Shown: positions 37,270 through 47,792, numbered from the stretch's first letter. The stretch: DNA of 64,000 nucleotides from Chloroflexota bacterium (GCA_023485685.1 JAMCZK010000054.1:2440-66439), one strand, 5' to 3'. Notes: generated from the sequence alone by a model not told the origin. Numbers and translations: made by a program.

Positions 37270-37944
37270 ATGCCAGTTGGTAATGATTTCTATCCGGTGC
37301 TCATCGGGCAAAATGGGCCGTTGAACGGAGAGCGTTGGGTAATTCGCGGGCCGATGGTCATTGGGCGCGGCGAAGATTGCGACATCGTAATACCGGATCG
37401 CAAGATTTCACGGCATCACGCGCGGGTGCAACCGGGCGGCGGGGGGATCATTCTCGAAGATCTAAATAGTAAGAACGGCACTCACTACAACGGCCATCCA
37501 CTCAAGGGATCGGTAGCTTTGTCGGACGGGGATTTGATCCAAATTGCGCTAGCGCAAAAGTTCACTTACTTGAGTTCGGATGCTACCATTCCGTTGGAGT
37601 TTGATGCACCGATTGAAGCGGGGTTGGAAAAGCGACGCCTGAGAATGGACAAACGTTCGCGCCGGGTGTGGGCAAACAGCAAAGAAATCATTCCGCCATT
37701 ATCCGTCGCCCAGTTCACCATGCTTGAATTGTTATACATGCGCGATGGCCTGGTGGTGCCGCGCGAAGAGCTGGTTAAGGTCATCTGGGGAGAAGAAGGG
37801 GCCTATGGGGTCTCCGACCAAGCGCTGGATGCATTAGTGCGTCGCTTGCGTGACCGGCTGGCAGAAGTGGACAAGAGTCACGAATACGTGGTCACAGTGC
37901 GCGGCCACGGCATACGCCTGGATAACCCGCCACTGGAAGCATAA
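37270..37944 (+). CDS. FHA-domain protein fused to a C-terminal OmpR/PhoB-type winged-helix DNA-binding domain
   Basis: 224 aa. FHA motifs GRGEDCDIVIPDRKISRHHARV and NSKNGTHYNG. wHTH motifs PLSVAQFTMLELLYMRDGLVVPREELV, LDALVRRLRDRL, TVRGHGIRL. Divergent from the kinase gene. Confidence 0.85.
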   Translation: MPVGNDFYPVLIGQNGPLNGERWVIRGPMVIGRGEDCDIVIPDRKISRHHARVQPGGGGIILEDLNSKNGTHYNGHPLKGSVALSDGDLIQIALAQKFTYLSSDATIPLEFDAPIEAGLEKRRLRMDKRSRRVWANSKEIIPPLSVAQFTMLELLYMRDGLVVPREELVKVIWGEEGAYGVSDQALDALVRRLRDRLAEVDKSHEYVVTVRGHGIRLDNPPLEA

Positions 37945-37960
37945 ATCCCGCTGAATCCTC

Positions 37961-38076
37961 CGTCATCGCGAGAAGGGCGCTTTTAGCCGCACTTGGCGGC
38001 GTTGCCCAGAGCCTGCCCTGAGCGGAGTGAATGGGAAGCAATCTCCTTCGTCTACGAGGAAACAGGCTCGCGATAA
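37961..38076. repeat. MITE-like palindromic element (GTCATNGCGAG family); boundaries approximate
   Basis: Ends GTCATCGCGAG / CTCGCGATAAT. The internal 28 nt (38006-38033) is the reverse complement, with 1 mismatch, of 48361-48388. Confidence 0.65.
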
Positions 38077-38113
38077 TCGGATATGGTTTTTTGGAGAATC
38101 TTTCTGTTACTTC

Positions 38114-39475
38114 TTAGCCCAAACCTTCGGGCGACTGGATGCCTTTTTCCATGGAGGCGCGCAGCGCAGCTCGGTAAGCTGCCCGTATCTTGTCGACCAA
38201 TTCCTTATCCTTTCCCTCCTGTAATTGCACCATCATCGCCGAAAGGCTCTCCACAAATTCGGGGGTGATCTCCTCTTTGTGGGCTTCGACTACTTGTTTT
38301 CGGGCATCGTCGTTCGGAGCTTCAATCAGTTCGTTCAGCAGTCTAGGGTTGTAGCCGGGTGTAACGATCTGCTGGATTAGTGCCAACAATGCCTGCAGTT
38401 TCTCTGAGCGAGATGTATTCTTCTTTTCTTCAGCATCGGCGAGCGCCTGGTTCAGAGCCTGAAGGAAGAAATCGTCCAATACGTTGGGGTTCTGCTGCAG
38501 TAAGTCCGCCGGGTTTTCGGCCTGCATCAAAGTTTCGAGGTTGCGCTGGGCGGCCGTTAAGCGCGCCTGGAGTTGCTCGTCAATTTGCTTGGTGATCTCA
38601 AGCAAATCCTCGCGCAATTTGCTTAGCTTAGTTTTTTCGTCCCCTTGAGCCTTATCAATACGCTCGCTCAGTGTCTGGAAGAAAACATAATCCAAGCCTG
38701 GACGAGCCATACTGGCCATAGCGTTCAGGCGCACTTCGTGAGAAGCTGCTTCTATCAGAAGTTCCAGCAATTTCTCGCGGTTTAGGTCTTTGCCCGCTGC
38801 TTCCAAAGCGGAGCGAGCGGCCTCGATTTCATCGGCCTGTTCTTTGATTTGCCTGCCTATTTCTGTGTGGGCCAGCAAGGCTTCTTGAATCTTTCCCAGT
38901 CTGGCCACAGCTGTCTCATCGCGGGCGCTCAACCCAGACTCCAGCATCCGGCTGAGTAAGGTAAAGAACTCGCCATCGATATTCGCCGCTTCCTGCTTGA
39001 CTAAATCGGGTAAGCCCGCTTCCGAAGCAACTAGGAGGCGCTGAAGTAGCTCCACGCGTTTCTTTTGAGCATCCAGCATTTCCTTTGTAATACCTTCCCC
39101 TTCCAACACCTTCTCAATCAGGGTTTGAAGGGTGAACATTTGCTGGGGTTTAAACAGGTAACCTTTACGTTGCTCCTGCTTCAGGCTATTGACAATCCGG
39201 TTAATGAGAGGCGCATTTCGGCGCTCTTGTTCCAGGATAGGGACATTCAATTCAGGCGGAAAGTAGGTCAGCAACAGCTCCTTAGCAGGGTCGTGATAAA
39301 TAATAGGAGTAGCGATATTGCCCTGGTAACCGCAACGGGGGCAGCGCAGTACGTTCACGCTACCGCCAAGCAGGCGTTGTTTGGCCTGCGGGTCGGTGCC
39401 GGCATCGAATAATTGTTCGATTTCCATTACCACGGGTTGTTTGCAATTAGGACATTGGACTTGGGTTCGGGGCAT
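38114..39475 (-). CDS. CpXC-domain protein with a long helical C-terminal region
   Basis: 453 aa. N-terminus CPNCKQ...(35 aa)...CPRCGY matches the CpXC zinc-ribbon pattern. The rest is Glu/Leu/Ala-rich and helical. Confidence 0.7.
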   Translation of the reverse strand: MPRTQVQCPNCKQPVVMEIEQLFDAGTDPQAKQRLLGGSVNVLRCPRCGYQGNIATPIIYHDPAKELLLTYFPPELNVPILEQERRNAPLINRIVNSLKQEQRKGYLFKPQQMFTLQTLIEKVLEGEGITKEMLDAQKKRVELLQRLLVASEAGLPDLVKQEAANIDGEFFTLLSRMLESGLSARDETAVARLGKIQEALLAHTEIGRQIKEQADEIEAARSALEAAGKDLNREKLLELLIEAASHEVRLNAMASMARPGLDYVFFQTLSERIDKAQGDEKTKLSKLREDLLEITKQIDEQLQARLTAAQRNLETLMQAENPADLLQQNPNVLDDFFLQALNQALADAEEKKNTSRSEKLQALLALIQQIVTPGYNPRLLNELIEAPNDDARKQVVEAHKEEITPEFVESLSAMMVQLQEGKDKELVDKIRAAYRAALRASMEKGIQSPEGLG

Positions 39476-39498
39476 AAGGCTCTCTTTGTATCACAAGG

Positions 39499-41055
39499 TT
39501 ATTGAGGCCGGGGGAGCGAAAAGCAAATACGCGCCCCCTCTGTGTATTTTTGATCCACCCAAATAGAACCGCCGTGGGCTTCCAGAATAGCACGGGTTAG
39601 GTAAAGGCCAAGGCCGGCGCCTTTAACGCTGCGGGCGGTTTCCCCCGCGCGATAAAAACGGTCAAAGATATGGGGAATGTCACTCGGTGGTATGCCGGGA
39701 CCCTGGTCCTGAACGCAGACCACTACGTGTTCGGGTCGCACCTGGCCCGCTACGCGAACTTCCCCGCCTTTCGGGGAATATTTGACGGCATTCGATATTA
39801 GATTGAGAAGAACCTGATTGATGCGCTGCTCATCTGCCAAGACAACCGGAAAGTCTTTGGGGAAATCGACGACAACTTGGTGTTTTTCTGTCTGAGTTCG
39901 GTAACGCTCGGCGACGCGTTCCGCCAGGCGCGGCAAAGCCAAATCCGTGGCATTGATCGAGAGCGCTCCTGCTTCGAGGCGCGAGGCATCCAGCAAATTC
40001 TCGATGAGTTCAGCTAGATGGTCAGCTTCTTCCTCGATCACAGCAAGACTATCACGCACCGTCTTGCTGTCCCAGCGAACATCCTCACGGCGCAGGGTTC
40101 CTACATAACCCTTGATGAGCGCCACCGGCGTTTTAAGCTCGTGGCTGATCACCGAGACAAAAGTGCTTTGCATTTCCTCTGCCTGACGGAAATGGCTGAC
40201 ATCACGCACGGAAGCGATCACATTGAGAAGTTGCCCCTCTTGATTGAGTAGCGGTGCGTACGTCACACCTACTGGAACCTTGCTTCCATCGGAACGAAGC
40301 AAATCGCCTTCGACATAGAGTGTGGCCGTTGGCGTAAGAGGCCAGCCACCGGCTTCCGCCTGCTCCAAGGTAGGACCATGTGACAATTCACCCCAACGAA
40401 TGATCTCGTTGTGTTTTCGGCCAATGATCCAATCGCTGGCCCTGCCGATTAATCTGGCAAAAGCAGGGTTACAGCGTTCGACAGTTCGGTCGGGTTGCAG
40501 GATGAGGATGCCATCTGCAACCGAATCGAGAATGGCGTCCATGCGGGCAGCCTGGCTGCTGGTTTGGTCGTAGAGCTGCGCGTTGTGAACCGCGATAGCG
40601 GCTTGGTCCGCAAAACTCTGCAAGAGCAACCGATCTTCGGGTGAAAACAAACCGCGATAATTGCGGAAAATGAAAATGACACCCAGGACGCGATTTTGAA
40701 CGATGAGCGGTAAACCTACTCCGGTGAGCAGACCCAAACTTACTTCGCGGGCGATGTGCTGCAAGAGACGATTTACTTCGGGAAGTTCGAAGCGGGCCGC
40801 GTCCTCATAATCTGGGACAGCCGCCAGTACTGGATCGAGATAGCGGATGAGCGCGGCCGGTATACCGTGATAAGCCGCCACATTCCAGCCACCGGGCTCC
40901 CCGCGCAATGCCACCAAGCCAGCCTGGCCGGCCAGCAACTCGGCGGCGTGGCGCAGGATGCGCGCCAATACTTCATCGAGGTGGAGCTCCTGGGTGATGG
41001 CCCGGGCTATCTCGAGGAGATAATCGCGTTGGCGAACTCTGAAATCCGGCAGCAT
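39499..41055 (-). CDS. Cytoplasmic GAF-PAS sensor histidine kinase
   Basis: 518 aa. H-box SHELKTPV, N-box NLISNAVKYS, G-boxes DQGPGI and GAGLGL. No TM segments and no adjacent response regulator. Confidence 0.9.
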   Translation of the reverse strand: MLPDFRVRQRDYLLEIARAITQELHLDEVLARILRHAAELLAGQAGLVALRGEPGGWNVAAYHGIPAALIRYLDPVLAAVPDYEDAARFELPEVNRLLQHIAREVSLGLLTGVGLPLIVQNRVLGVIFIFRNYRGLFSPEDRLLLQSFADQAAIAVHNAQLYDQTSSQAARMDAILDSVADGILILQPDRTVERCNPAFARLIGRASDWIIGRKHNEIIRWGELSHGPTLEQAEAGGWPLTPTATLYVEGDLLRSDGSKVPVGVTYAPLLNQEGQLLNVIASVRDVSHFRQAEEMQSTFVSVISHELKTPVALIKGYVGTLRREDVRWDSKTVRDSLAVIEEEADHLAELIENLLDASRLEAGALSINATDLALPRLAERVAERYRTQTEKHQVVVDFPKDFPVVLADEQRINQVLLNLISNAVKYSPKGGEVRVAGQVRPEHVVVCVQDQGPGIPPSDIPHIFDRFYRAGETARSVKGAGLGLYLTRAILEAHGGSIWVDQKYTEGARICFSLPRPQ

Positions 41056-41090
41056 GACAGGCTACCCCCTATAAATGAATAACTCGACTC

Positions 41091-42431
41091 TCAGTTCGGC
41101 AGACTGGCACCGACAATCTCAACCGCTTTATCGATAACCTCGGCGGGCGTATCCAGCATGCCACGGAAGCGGATCGAGCGGTTACCGGATTTGAGCGCGT
41201 ACACGCCATTTTCTTTCATGCGCTCAATCATATCGTCACGCTTGGCTTTATCAGGCACATCGAAGGCCACCATCATTCCACGACCACGCACGTTGCTGAT
41301 GAAATCTTTGGAGGATTCGGCCAGAGAATGTAAACCCATCAACAAACGTTCGCCCATCTTCGTGGTGTGTTCCAACAACTTTTCTTCATGCATGATCTCC
41401 AGGAAGCGGGCGGATCGCACCATGTCGGTGAGATCGCCCCCCCAGGTTGAGTTGATGCGGCTCTCTTCGGCAAATACGTTGTCGGCGACTTCGTCGATGC
41501 GCGGTCCCACGATAATGCCGCAGACCTGAGCTTTCTTGCCGAAGACGATGATGTCTGGCCTTACCCCCATATGGTCAATCGCCCACATCTTGCCAGTGAT
41601 ACCCATGCCACACTGGATTTCATCGAGGATAAACAAAAATTCGTGTTCATCAGCCAAGCGGCGCAGCTCGGCAAAGAATTCGGGGCGGAAGTGGTTGTCG
41701 CCACCTTCGCCTTGGATGGTCTCGATGATGAGCGCGGCGATGTCGCCGGGATATTGGCGCGCAGCCGTTTCGATTTGGGTAATGGCGATCTCTTCGGCGC
41801 GCTTGACTTCAGCCAAAACCTCATCGGTGACTGGGAAGCGCAGTTTGGGATTGATCACCCGCGGCCAGTCGAACTTCGGGAAGTAAAGGAATTTGCGGGC
41901 GTCCTCCGTGTTGGTCAACGAAAGTGTATATCCCGACCGGCCGTGAAATGAATCGCTGAAATGAATCACCTTGCTGCCCAGACCTTCGATGCGATGCGGC
42001 TGACCTTTAGGCGCCGGCTTGCTTACCCGGGCAAAATTCTTGCGGGCTTTCCAATCAAAGGCAACTTTGAGGCCGTTCTCCACTGCCAGGGCGCCGCCGC
42101 TGATCAGAAAAAGGTGCTTCATATCTGAAGGCATTGCTAACCGAGCAAAGGTTTCGACAAACTCAGCCATATAGGTGGTGTAAAAATCCGAAGAAGAAGG
42201 TTTGGTAATGGCTACGCTGAGCAGTTTTTCAATAAAGGATGAATCATGCATCTTAGGGTGATTATGCCCAATAGGTGCACTGGCAAAGTAAGTGAAAAAA
42301 TCTATATAGTCCCTGCCCGTCAATGCATCGTGCAAGTAGGGTCCGTGGGATTTTTCCAAATCAACAACAATAGGTTCCGCGCCAGGCGGCAGGTATTTGT
42401 TGATCTGGTCATGAACCTGGGATGCTTTCAT
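41091..42431 (-). CDS. Class-III PLP aminotransferase, L-lysine 6-transaminase-like
   Basis: 446 aa. FASAPIGHNHP, LILDEIQCGMGITGKMWA, and the PLP-Lys region VFGKKAQVCG. Length and N-terminus resemble lysine epsilon-aminotransferases. Confidence 0.75.
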   Translation of the reverse strand: MKASQVHDQINKYLPPGAEPIVVDLEKSHGPYLHDALTGRDYIDFFTYFASAPIGHNHPKMHDSSFIEKLLSVAITKPSSSDFYTTYMAEFVETFARLAMPSDMKHLFLISGGALAVENGLKVAFDWKARKNFARVSKPAPKGQPHRIEGLGSKVIHFSDSFHGRSGYTLSLTNTEDARKFLYFPKFDWPRVINPKLRFPVTDEVLAEVKRAEEIAITQIETAARQYPGDIAALIIETIQGEGGDNHFRPEFFAELRRLADEHEFLFILDEIQCGMGITGKMWAIDHMGVRPDIIVFGKKAQVCGIIVGPRIDEVADNVFAEESRINSTWGGDLTDMVRSARFLEIMHEEKLLEHTTKMGERLLMGLHSLAESSKDFISNVRGRGMMVAFDVPDKAKRDDMIERMKENGVYALKSGNRSIRFRGMLDTPAEVIDKAVEIVGASLPN

Positions 42432-42620
42432 TTATTTCTGTCTCCGGGAGCTTCGATAGTGAAGTGCCGACACCCTTATGAAAGGAATAAGGGTTTTGAT
42501 TGTTAGTCGGCGGGCGCATTATAACATCCTGAGTTCTTTAGCCCTGCCCGGCAAATTCTCGAACGGTATAATGAAAATCAGAATGGTTTTCGCTCGAATC
42601 TCAGCCAAATTAATTACCCT

Positions 42621-44987
42621 ATGACAACGGAAATCGCTCTCACCCTGGCCATCCTGGTGATCGCGGTGATCTTGCTGATCTTTGACCGTTTGCGAGCAGA
42701 CCTCATCGCACTGTTGGTGCTGCTCGCATTAGCCCTGAGTCGTCTGGTGTCCCCAAGCGAAGCCTTGTCCGGGTTCAGTAACCCGGCGGTAGTGACGGTG
42801 TGGGCAATGTTCATCCTTGGAGAAGGCTTAGCCCGCACCGGAGTAGCAAATATATTCGGCCGCAGAATTTTGCGCATAAGCGGCAAAGGCGAAGCCGGCT
42901 TCATGGCTGTCATGATGTTTCTGGTGGCCGGCCTATCCTCTTTTATGAATAGCACAGCAATCGTAGTCATGTTTCTTCCGGTCATTAGCTTTGTGGCTAA
43001 GGCCAAAAAACTACAAGCCTCCAAATTGCTCATTCCACTAGCCTTCGGGACTCTGCTGGGCGGCGTTAATACTCTAATCAGCACGCCGCCCAACATCCTG
43101 GTCAGTAATGCCCTGCAGGATTTCCAAGGCCAGCAGTTTCAGTTTTTTGACTTTCTCAAAGCAGGCTTACCGGTAACCCTTGGCGGGATCGCGTTCATGG
43201 TTGTGCTGGGTCGCAGGCTGCTGCCCAACCGCGACCTGACCGGTGAATTGCGCAAAATGCAGCAAGAGACCGGAAAGTTATTTGACCTCGAAGAGCGGCT
43301 TTTCGCGCTGCGATTACCCAAGGATAGCTTGCTGGCTGGAAAGAGATTAGCCGACAGCCGCCTAGGAACTGCGCTAAAGCTGAATGTTCTCAGTATTAGC
43401 CGTGATGGCAAGACTCAATTAGCGCCTGGACCCAACACGCAACTTCATGGCGGAGATCAGCTACTAGTGCTTGGCAGGGCCGATTGGCTGCAAGAACTCG
43501 TGGCAGGGCAAAACCTCATCCTGGAAAAAGGAAATGGGCGAAACCACGAGGAACAGGAACTAAAACTAAATGTAAAGAATCTGGTTTCCTCCCAGATCTC
43601 GCTGCTTGAGCTCACCGTCCATGAAGAATCGCCGCTGATCGGCAAAACACTTTCCCTATGTAACTTCCGCGGGACGTACAAGGCTAACGTGTTGGCGATC
43701 TGGCGAGGGGAAAAACCCATGCGCACTAATCTCCAGGACATTCCTCTGATTGCAGGCGACCGCCTTCTGATTCAGTCTAGCAGGTTGCAATTGAACAGGT
43801 TGCGCGCGTCCAAGGATTTCATGGTTAAAGGCAAAGACGCCGTGAAGATTTACCAATTGGAGGAGCGGTTACTGCTTCTGGCGATTCCCCAGGGATCGCA
43901 CTTAGCTGGCAAAACGTTAGCTCAGAGTGAACTAAGCGATGCATTTGGTTTATCCGTGCTGGGCATACTCCGCAAAGGTAAAACAAAGTTGATGCCCAAG
44001 CCACGGGAACGATTGCAGGAAGGCGACCAATTGGTGGTGGAGGGGAGGATTGAAGACCTGCAATTGCTGAAGGCCATGAAGGAGCTGGAAGTTGAAAGCA
44101 GCCAAATTCCGGCAATTAGCGAATTGGAAACCGAAGAAATCGGCTTAGTGGAAGCCGTGGTGTCGCCACACAGCAAACTGGCCGGTAAGAATCTACGCGA
44201 TATGCAATTTCGCGAAAAGTTTGGTTTGAATATTTTGGCGATTTGGCGTGGAGGCCGGGCCTACCGATCCAACCTGCGCGAGATGCCGCTCCATCATGGG
44301 GACTCGCTCCTTATTTACGGAAATCGCAATCGTATCAAGATGCTCGCCGATGAAGGTGAATTTCTGGTGCTGGCGCAGGAAATCCAGGAAGCGCCAAGGC
44401 GAGATAAGGCCTTATTGGCAATAGTCATTATGGCACTGGTTGTAGCTGGAGTAGGGCTGCGGCTAGTGCCAGTGGAAATCGCGGCTATCGCCGGCGCCGC
44501 TGCCATGGTGCTGGCGCGATGCTTGAACATGGAAGAGGCGCAGAAATCCATCCAATGGCCAGTGATCTTCCTCATCGCCGGCATGCTGCCATTGGGCCTT
44601 GCCTTGCAAAACAGCGGCGCGGCTGCCTTTCTCGGCAATCAGGTCTTTGCGCAAGCAGGCAGCTGGAGCACCATCCAATTATTGGCTGTACTATTCCTGG
44701 TAAGCAACCTATTGGCCCAGATTCTGCCTCCCCCAGTGGTGGCAGTTTTGGTGTCGAGTCTGATCCTCACTAATGCTGCGTCGCTGCCGGCTTCCCCGCA
44801 AGCACTGCTGCTCACGGTGGCGATGGGGTCGGCAATACCCTTCCTGACCCCGATCAGTCATCCGGCTAATTTGCTGGTCATGGGTCCCGGTGGATATCGA
44901 TTCACCGATTACACTAAAGTGGGTTTGCCACTGACCTTACTCATTATGTGCATCTCGATCGTTGCCATTCCATATTTCTGGCCTTAA
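42621..44987 (+). CDS. SLC13/DASS-type permease with four central TrkA-C (RCK_C) domains
   Basis: 788 aa. N- and C-terminal multi-TM halves. The central soluble region has four repeats of the pattern (A/L)GK(R/T/N)L...(F/L)(G/K)L.VL(A/S)I.R.G. Confidence 0.85.
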   Translation: MTTEIALTLAILVIAVILLIFDRLRADLIALLVLLALALSRLVSPSEALSGFSNPAVVTVWAMFILGEGLARTGVANIFGRRILRISGKGEAGFMAVMMFLVAGLSSFMNSTAIVVMFLPVISFVAKAKKLQASKLLIPLAFGTLLGGVNTLISTPPNILVSNALQDFQGQQFQFFDFLKAGLPVTLGGIAFMVVLGRRLLPNRDLTGELRKMQQETGKLFDLEERLFALRLPKDSLLAGKRLADSRLGTALKLNVLSISRDGKTQLAPGPNTQLHGGDQLLVLGRADWLQELVAGQNLILEKGNGRNHEEQELKLNVKNLVSSQISLLELTVHEESPLIGKTLSLCNFRGTYKANVLAIWRGEKPMRTNLQDIPLIAGDRLLIQSSRLQLNRLRASKDFMVKGKDAVKIYQLEERLLLLAIPQGSHLAGKTLAQSELSDAFGLSVLGILRKGKTKLMPKPRERLQEGDQLVVEGRIEDLQLLKAMKELEVESSQIPAISELETEEIGLVEAVVSPHSKLAGKNLRDMQFREKFGLNILAIWRGGRAYRSNLREMPLHHGDSLLIYGNRNRIKMLADEGEFLVLAQEIQEAPRRDKALLAIVIMALVVAGVGLRLVPVEIAAIAGAAAMVLARCLNMEEAQKSIQWPVIFLIAGMLPLGLALQNSGAAAFLGNQVFAQAGSWSTIQLLAVLFLVSNLLAQILPPPVVAVLVSSLILTNAASLPASPQALLLTVAMGSAIPFLTPISHPANLLVMGPGGYRFTDYTKVGLPLTLLIMCISIVAIPYFWP

Positions 44988-44990
44988 TCC

Positions 44991-46130
44991 ATGGCGAGTC
45001 TTTTCCAATTTGTGCTAGAGGGATACAGCGGCCGCGCCCGCGCCGGACTTTTTTCGACTCCTCACGGAGTTTTGGAGACCCCTCTTTTTGCTCCAGTAGG
45101 CACTCAAGCCACAGTCAAAGCGATCACCCCAGCACAACTGGACGAACTCGGCGCAAGCCTGGTTCTGGCAAACACTTATCATCTCTATTTGCGGCCGGGA
45201 GATGAACTGGTGGCTGAGATGGGTGGTCTGCACAAGTTCATGCAATGGACCCAACCGATCCTTACGGATTCAGGCGGCTTCCAAGTTTTCTCGTTAGCCG
45301 CCCGACGCGAGGTGGATGCGGAGGGGGTGAATTTTCGCAGTCACCTGGATGGCTCATCCCATCGCTTCACACCCGAAAAAGTGATGCGCATTCAGGAAAA
45401 CCTGGGGGCAGACATGATCATGGTTCTGGATGAATGCGCCGAGCCGCTTGATCGAGCATACAACGAGCAAGCCCTGCTGCGCACGCATGCCTGGGCCAAA
45501 CTTTGTTTGGAGGCCAAGAAACGCAGTGATCAGGCGCTGTTCGGCATCGTGCAAGGTGGCATCTTCCGCGATTTGCGGGAGCAGTCGGCGGAATTCATCG
45601 CCTCACTCGGCTTCGATGGCCACGCCATCGGCGGGCTATCGGTTGGCGAAAGCAAAGAAGACATGTACGCAATGCTGGATGTGGTGGACGCCATTTTGCC
45701 CGAGGATAAGCCGCGCTATCTGATGGGGGTCGGCACACCCGAGGATCTGGTCGAAGGAATTCGCCGAGGGGTCGATCTATTTGATTGCGTGCTGCCCACA
45801 CGGCTGGGGCGCAACAATGCCGTATTCCTGCGCTCCGGTGAACGACTGAATCTAAAGAACGCGGAATTCGCCAAAGACCAACATCCTATTGATGAAGGTT
45901 GTGCTTGTTACACCTGTCGCTATTTCTCCCGTGCCTACCTGCGCCACCTGATCCAAGCCAAAGAAATGTTGGCGGCTACGTTATTATCCATTCATAATTT
46001 GCACACCTTGGTCCAATTAGCGCAAGACCTGCGTTCGGCAATTCTGAGGAATGAGTTTGAGGCCTTTGTCGGCGAACTCGGTGTAAGACGGTTGCCCAAC
46101 GCGCTCGAGCAGAACGCCCGCATCGAGTAA
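44991..46130 (+). CDS. tgt: Queuine tRNA-ribosyltransferase (tRNA-guanine transglycosylase)
   Basis: 379 aa. Motifs LFAPVGTQATVKA, TDSGGFQV, GGLSVGE, and zinc site CACYTC...H. Confidence 0.95.
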   Translation: MASLFQFVLEGYSGRARAGLFSTPHGVLETPLFAPVGTQATVKAITPAQLDELGASLVLANTYHLYLRPGDELVAEMGGLHKFMQWTQPILTDSGGFQVFSLAARREVDAEGVNFRSHLDGSSHRFTPEKVMRIQENLGADMIMVLDECAEPLDRAYNEQALLRTHAWAKLCLEAKKRSDQALFGIVQGGIFRDLREQSAEFIASLGFDGHAIGGLSVGESKEDMYAMLDVVDAILPEDKPRYLMGVGTPEDLVEGIRRGVDLFDCVLPTRLGRNNAVFLRSGERLNLKNAEFAKDQHPIDEGCACYTCRYFSRAYLRHLIQAKEMLAATLLSIHNLHTLVQLAQDLRSAILRNEFEAFVGELGVRRLPNALEQNARIE

Positions 46131-46178
46131 GATAATTTATCTGGCAAACCTTGCCAAGGCAAGGAAAGCTTGCTTTCC

Positions 46179-46226
46179 GCAGTTGCGAGGAGGCCAGTAG
46201 GCCGACGAAGCAATCTTCCTTCGCAA
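46179..46226. repeat. Short version of the GTCATTGCGAG-family repeat
   Basis: AGTTGCGAGGAG...CGACGAAGCAATCT...CCTTCGCAAGG shares the CGACGAAGCAATCT core with 48234-48253, 49866-49885 and 59526-59540. Confidence 0.5.
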
Positions 46227-46251
46227 GGTTGTTGCAAAATATGATCATCGC

Positions 46252-47055
46252 ATGAATCTCATCCAAGCCATCATCCTGGGCGCCATTCAGGGGCTAACCG
46301 AATTTGTTCCGATTTCGAGCACCGGCCATTTGCTCTTGGCGCGGCAGTTGCTGGGAATGCGGCAAGAAATGCACAGCGCCTTTGTTTTCGACCTGCTGAT
46401 CCAGATGGGAACTTGGGTAGCTGTCGTTCTTTTTTACCGGCATGATTTGATCTCCATCGGTGTAGATATGCTCAAGAGCTTTCGCCGGCAGCCCGCACCG
46501 CAAGCACGCCTGGGGTGGCTTTTGGTTGTGGCGACCATACCTGCGGTCATTGTCGGCTGGCTGGCGAAGGATTCAATGACAGGGTATGTCAGCGGATTAG
46601 GCGCGACCGGTTTATTTTTGCTGGCAAATGCAGGTTTTTTGGTCATCGCCGAATTACTCGGCAGCCGCAAAAGAGAAATCACGGATCTCAACCACGGGGA
46701 GGCGTTATGGATCGGTGTGTTCCAGGCCTCAGCCTTGCTGCCTGCCATCTCGCGTTCAGCGGCCACGCTCTCCGGAGCAATGCTGCGCAACCTCACGCGG
46801 CGGCAAGCGGCGCGCTTCGCCTTCCTGATGGCGGTACCCATCCTGCCCGCCGCGGCCGTGGTGGGGCTATTGGACCTTGGCCGCCTGCCCCAGGCAAATG
46901 ACCTCATCCTTCCACTTATTGTCGGCTTCCTGGCTTCCGCGATCATTGGCTACCTCAGCATTCGTTGGTTGCTGAACTATCTTTCGAATCGCTCCCTTTA
47001 TCCCTTTGCGATTTATTGCGCGGCAGTTGGTATTATCGCCATCGTCCTCAACTAA
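46252..47055 (+). CDS. uppP: Undecaprenyl-diphosphate phosphatase
   Basis: 267 aa. GLTEFVPISSTGHL motif and 8 hydrophobic segments. Confidence 0.95.
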   Translation: MNLIQAIILGAIQGLTEFVPISSTGHLLLARQLLGMRQEMHSAFVFDLLIQMGTWVAVVLFYRHDLISIGVDMLKSFRRQPAPQARLGWLLVVATIPAVIVGWLAKDSMTGYVSGLGATGLFLLANAGFLVIAELLGSRKREITDLNHGEALWIGVFQASALLPAISRSAATLSGAMLRNLTRRQAARFAFLMAVPILPAAAVVGLLDLGRLPQANDLILPLIVGFLASAIIGYLSIRWLLNYLSNRSLYPFAIYCAAVGIIAIVLN

Positions 47056-47059
47056 ACTG

Positions 47060-47782
47060 ATGAAGAACTTACCTTCCACTGGAATAGCAGCGCTTCTTTT
47101 CCTATCGGCCTGCGGATCACAGGCAATCGACACTCCCTCTCTTCACGTGGCAGTCAGCCCCGCTGCACAGCCGGTGAGCGAGGCCGTAGCAGACTGCGCG
47201 CCAATTAATGAGGAAGTAAGACTTTCTATTGAGATGCAATACCCAAATATTGTCGACCTAGACGAATTCGATTTATTCGTAGGTCTAGCCGAACCGGACC
47301 CGGAAGCGGGGTTCGCCGCCCAGTTGGCGTGGGAACAACTCGTGCTCATTGTCAACCTCGAGAACGATGTGGATATTTCGCGCGACATCGCATCCGCACT
47401 ATTCAGCGGCCGCGTGCAGAACTGGTCTGAGCTGGGCGGCGACGATGTCACCGTGTCCTTATGGGCCGGACCTGAAAGCGACGAGGCCCGCCAAGCCTTC
47501 GAAGCCAATATGCTGCGCGGCTCTGTCAGCGGTGAGACCCGCGTGGCAACCAACCCTGAAACCGCGCTCGAGGCGGTTGCCAACGATCCGGGTGCAGCCG
47601 CCATTTTGCCGGCCGCTTGGGCTGACGAAAGGGTCAGGCTAATCGATCTTGGCGTCCAAGTTCCTGTGGTTGCCGTCGCCAGTGAAGAGCCTACGGGACC
47701 CATTCGCGATCTGGTCGCTTGCTTACAAGGCCCAACCGGCCAAGAAAGTCTGTCCAATCGCTACACCCCCTTCCAGCAGTAA
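47060..47782 (+). CDS. PBP-like (PstS-type fold) lipoprotein
   Basis: Start at the ATG at 47060 (MKNLPSTGIAALLFLSAC-G lipobox). LFSGRVQNWSELGG resembles the PstS/PBP-like domain motif. No transporter genes adjacent. Confidence 0.6.
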   Translation: MKNLPSTGIAALLFLSACGSQAIDTPSLHVAVSPAAQPVSEAVADCAPINEEVRLSIEMQYPNIVDLDEFDLFVGLAEPDPEAGFAAQLAWEQLVLIVNLENDVDISRDIASALFSGRVQNWSELGGDDVTVSLWAGPESDEARQAFEANMLRGSVSGETRVATNPETALEAVANDPGAAAILPAAWADERVRLIDLGVQVPVVAVASEEPTGPIRDLVACLQGPTGQESLSNRYTPFQQ

Positions 47783-47792
47783 GGAGCCCAAA

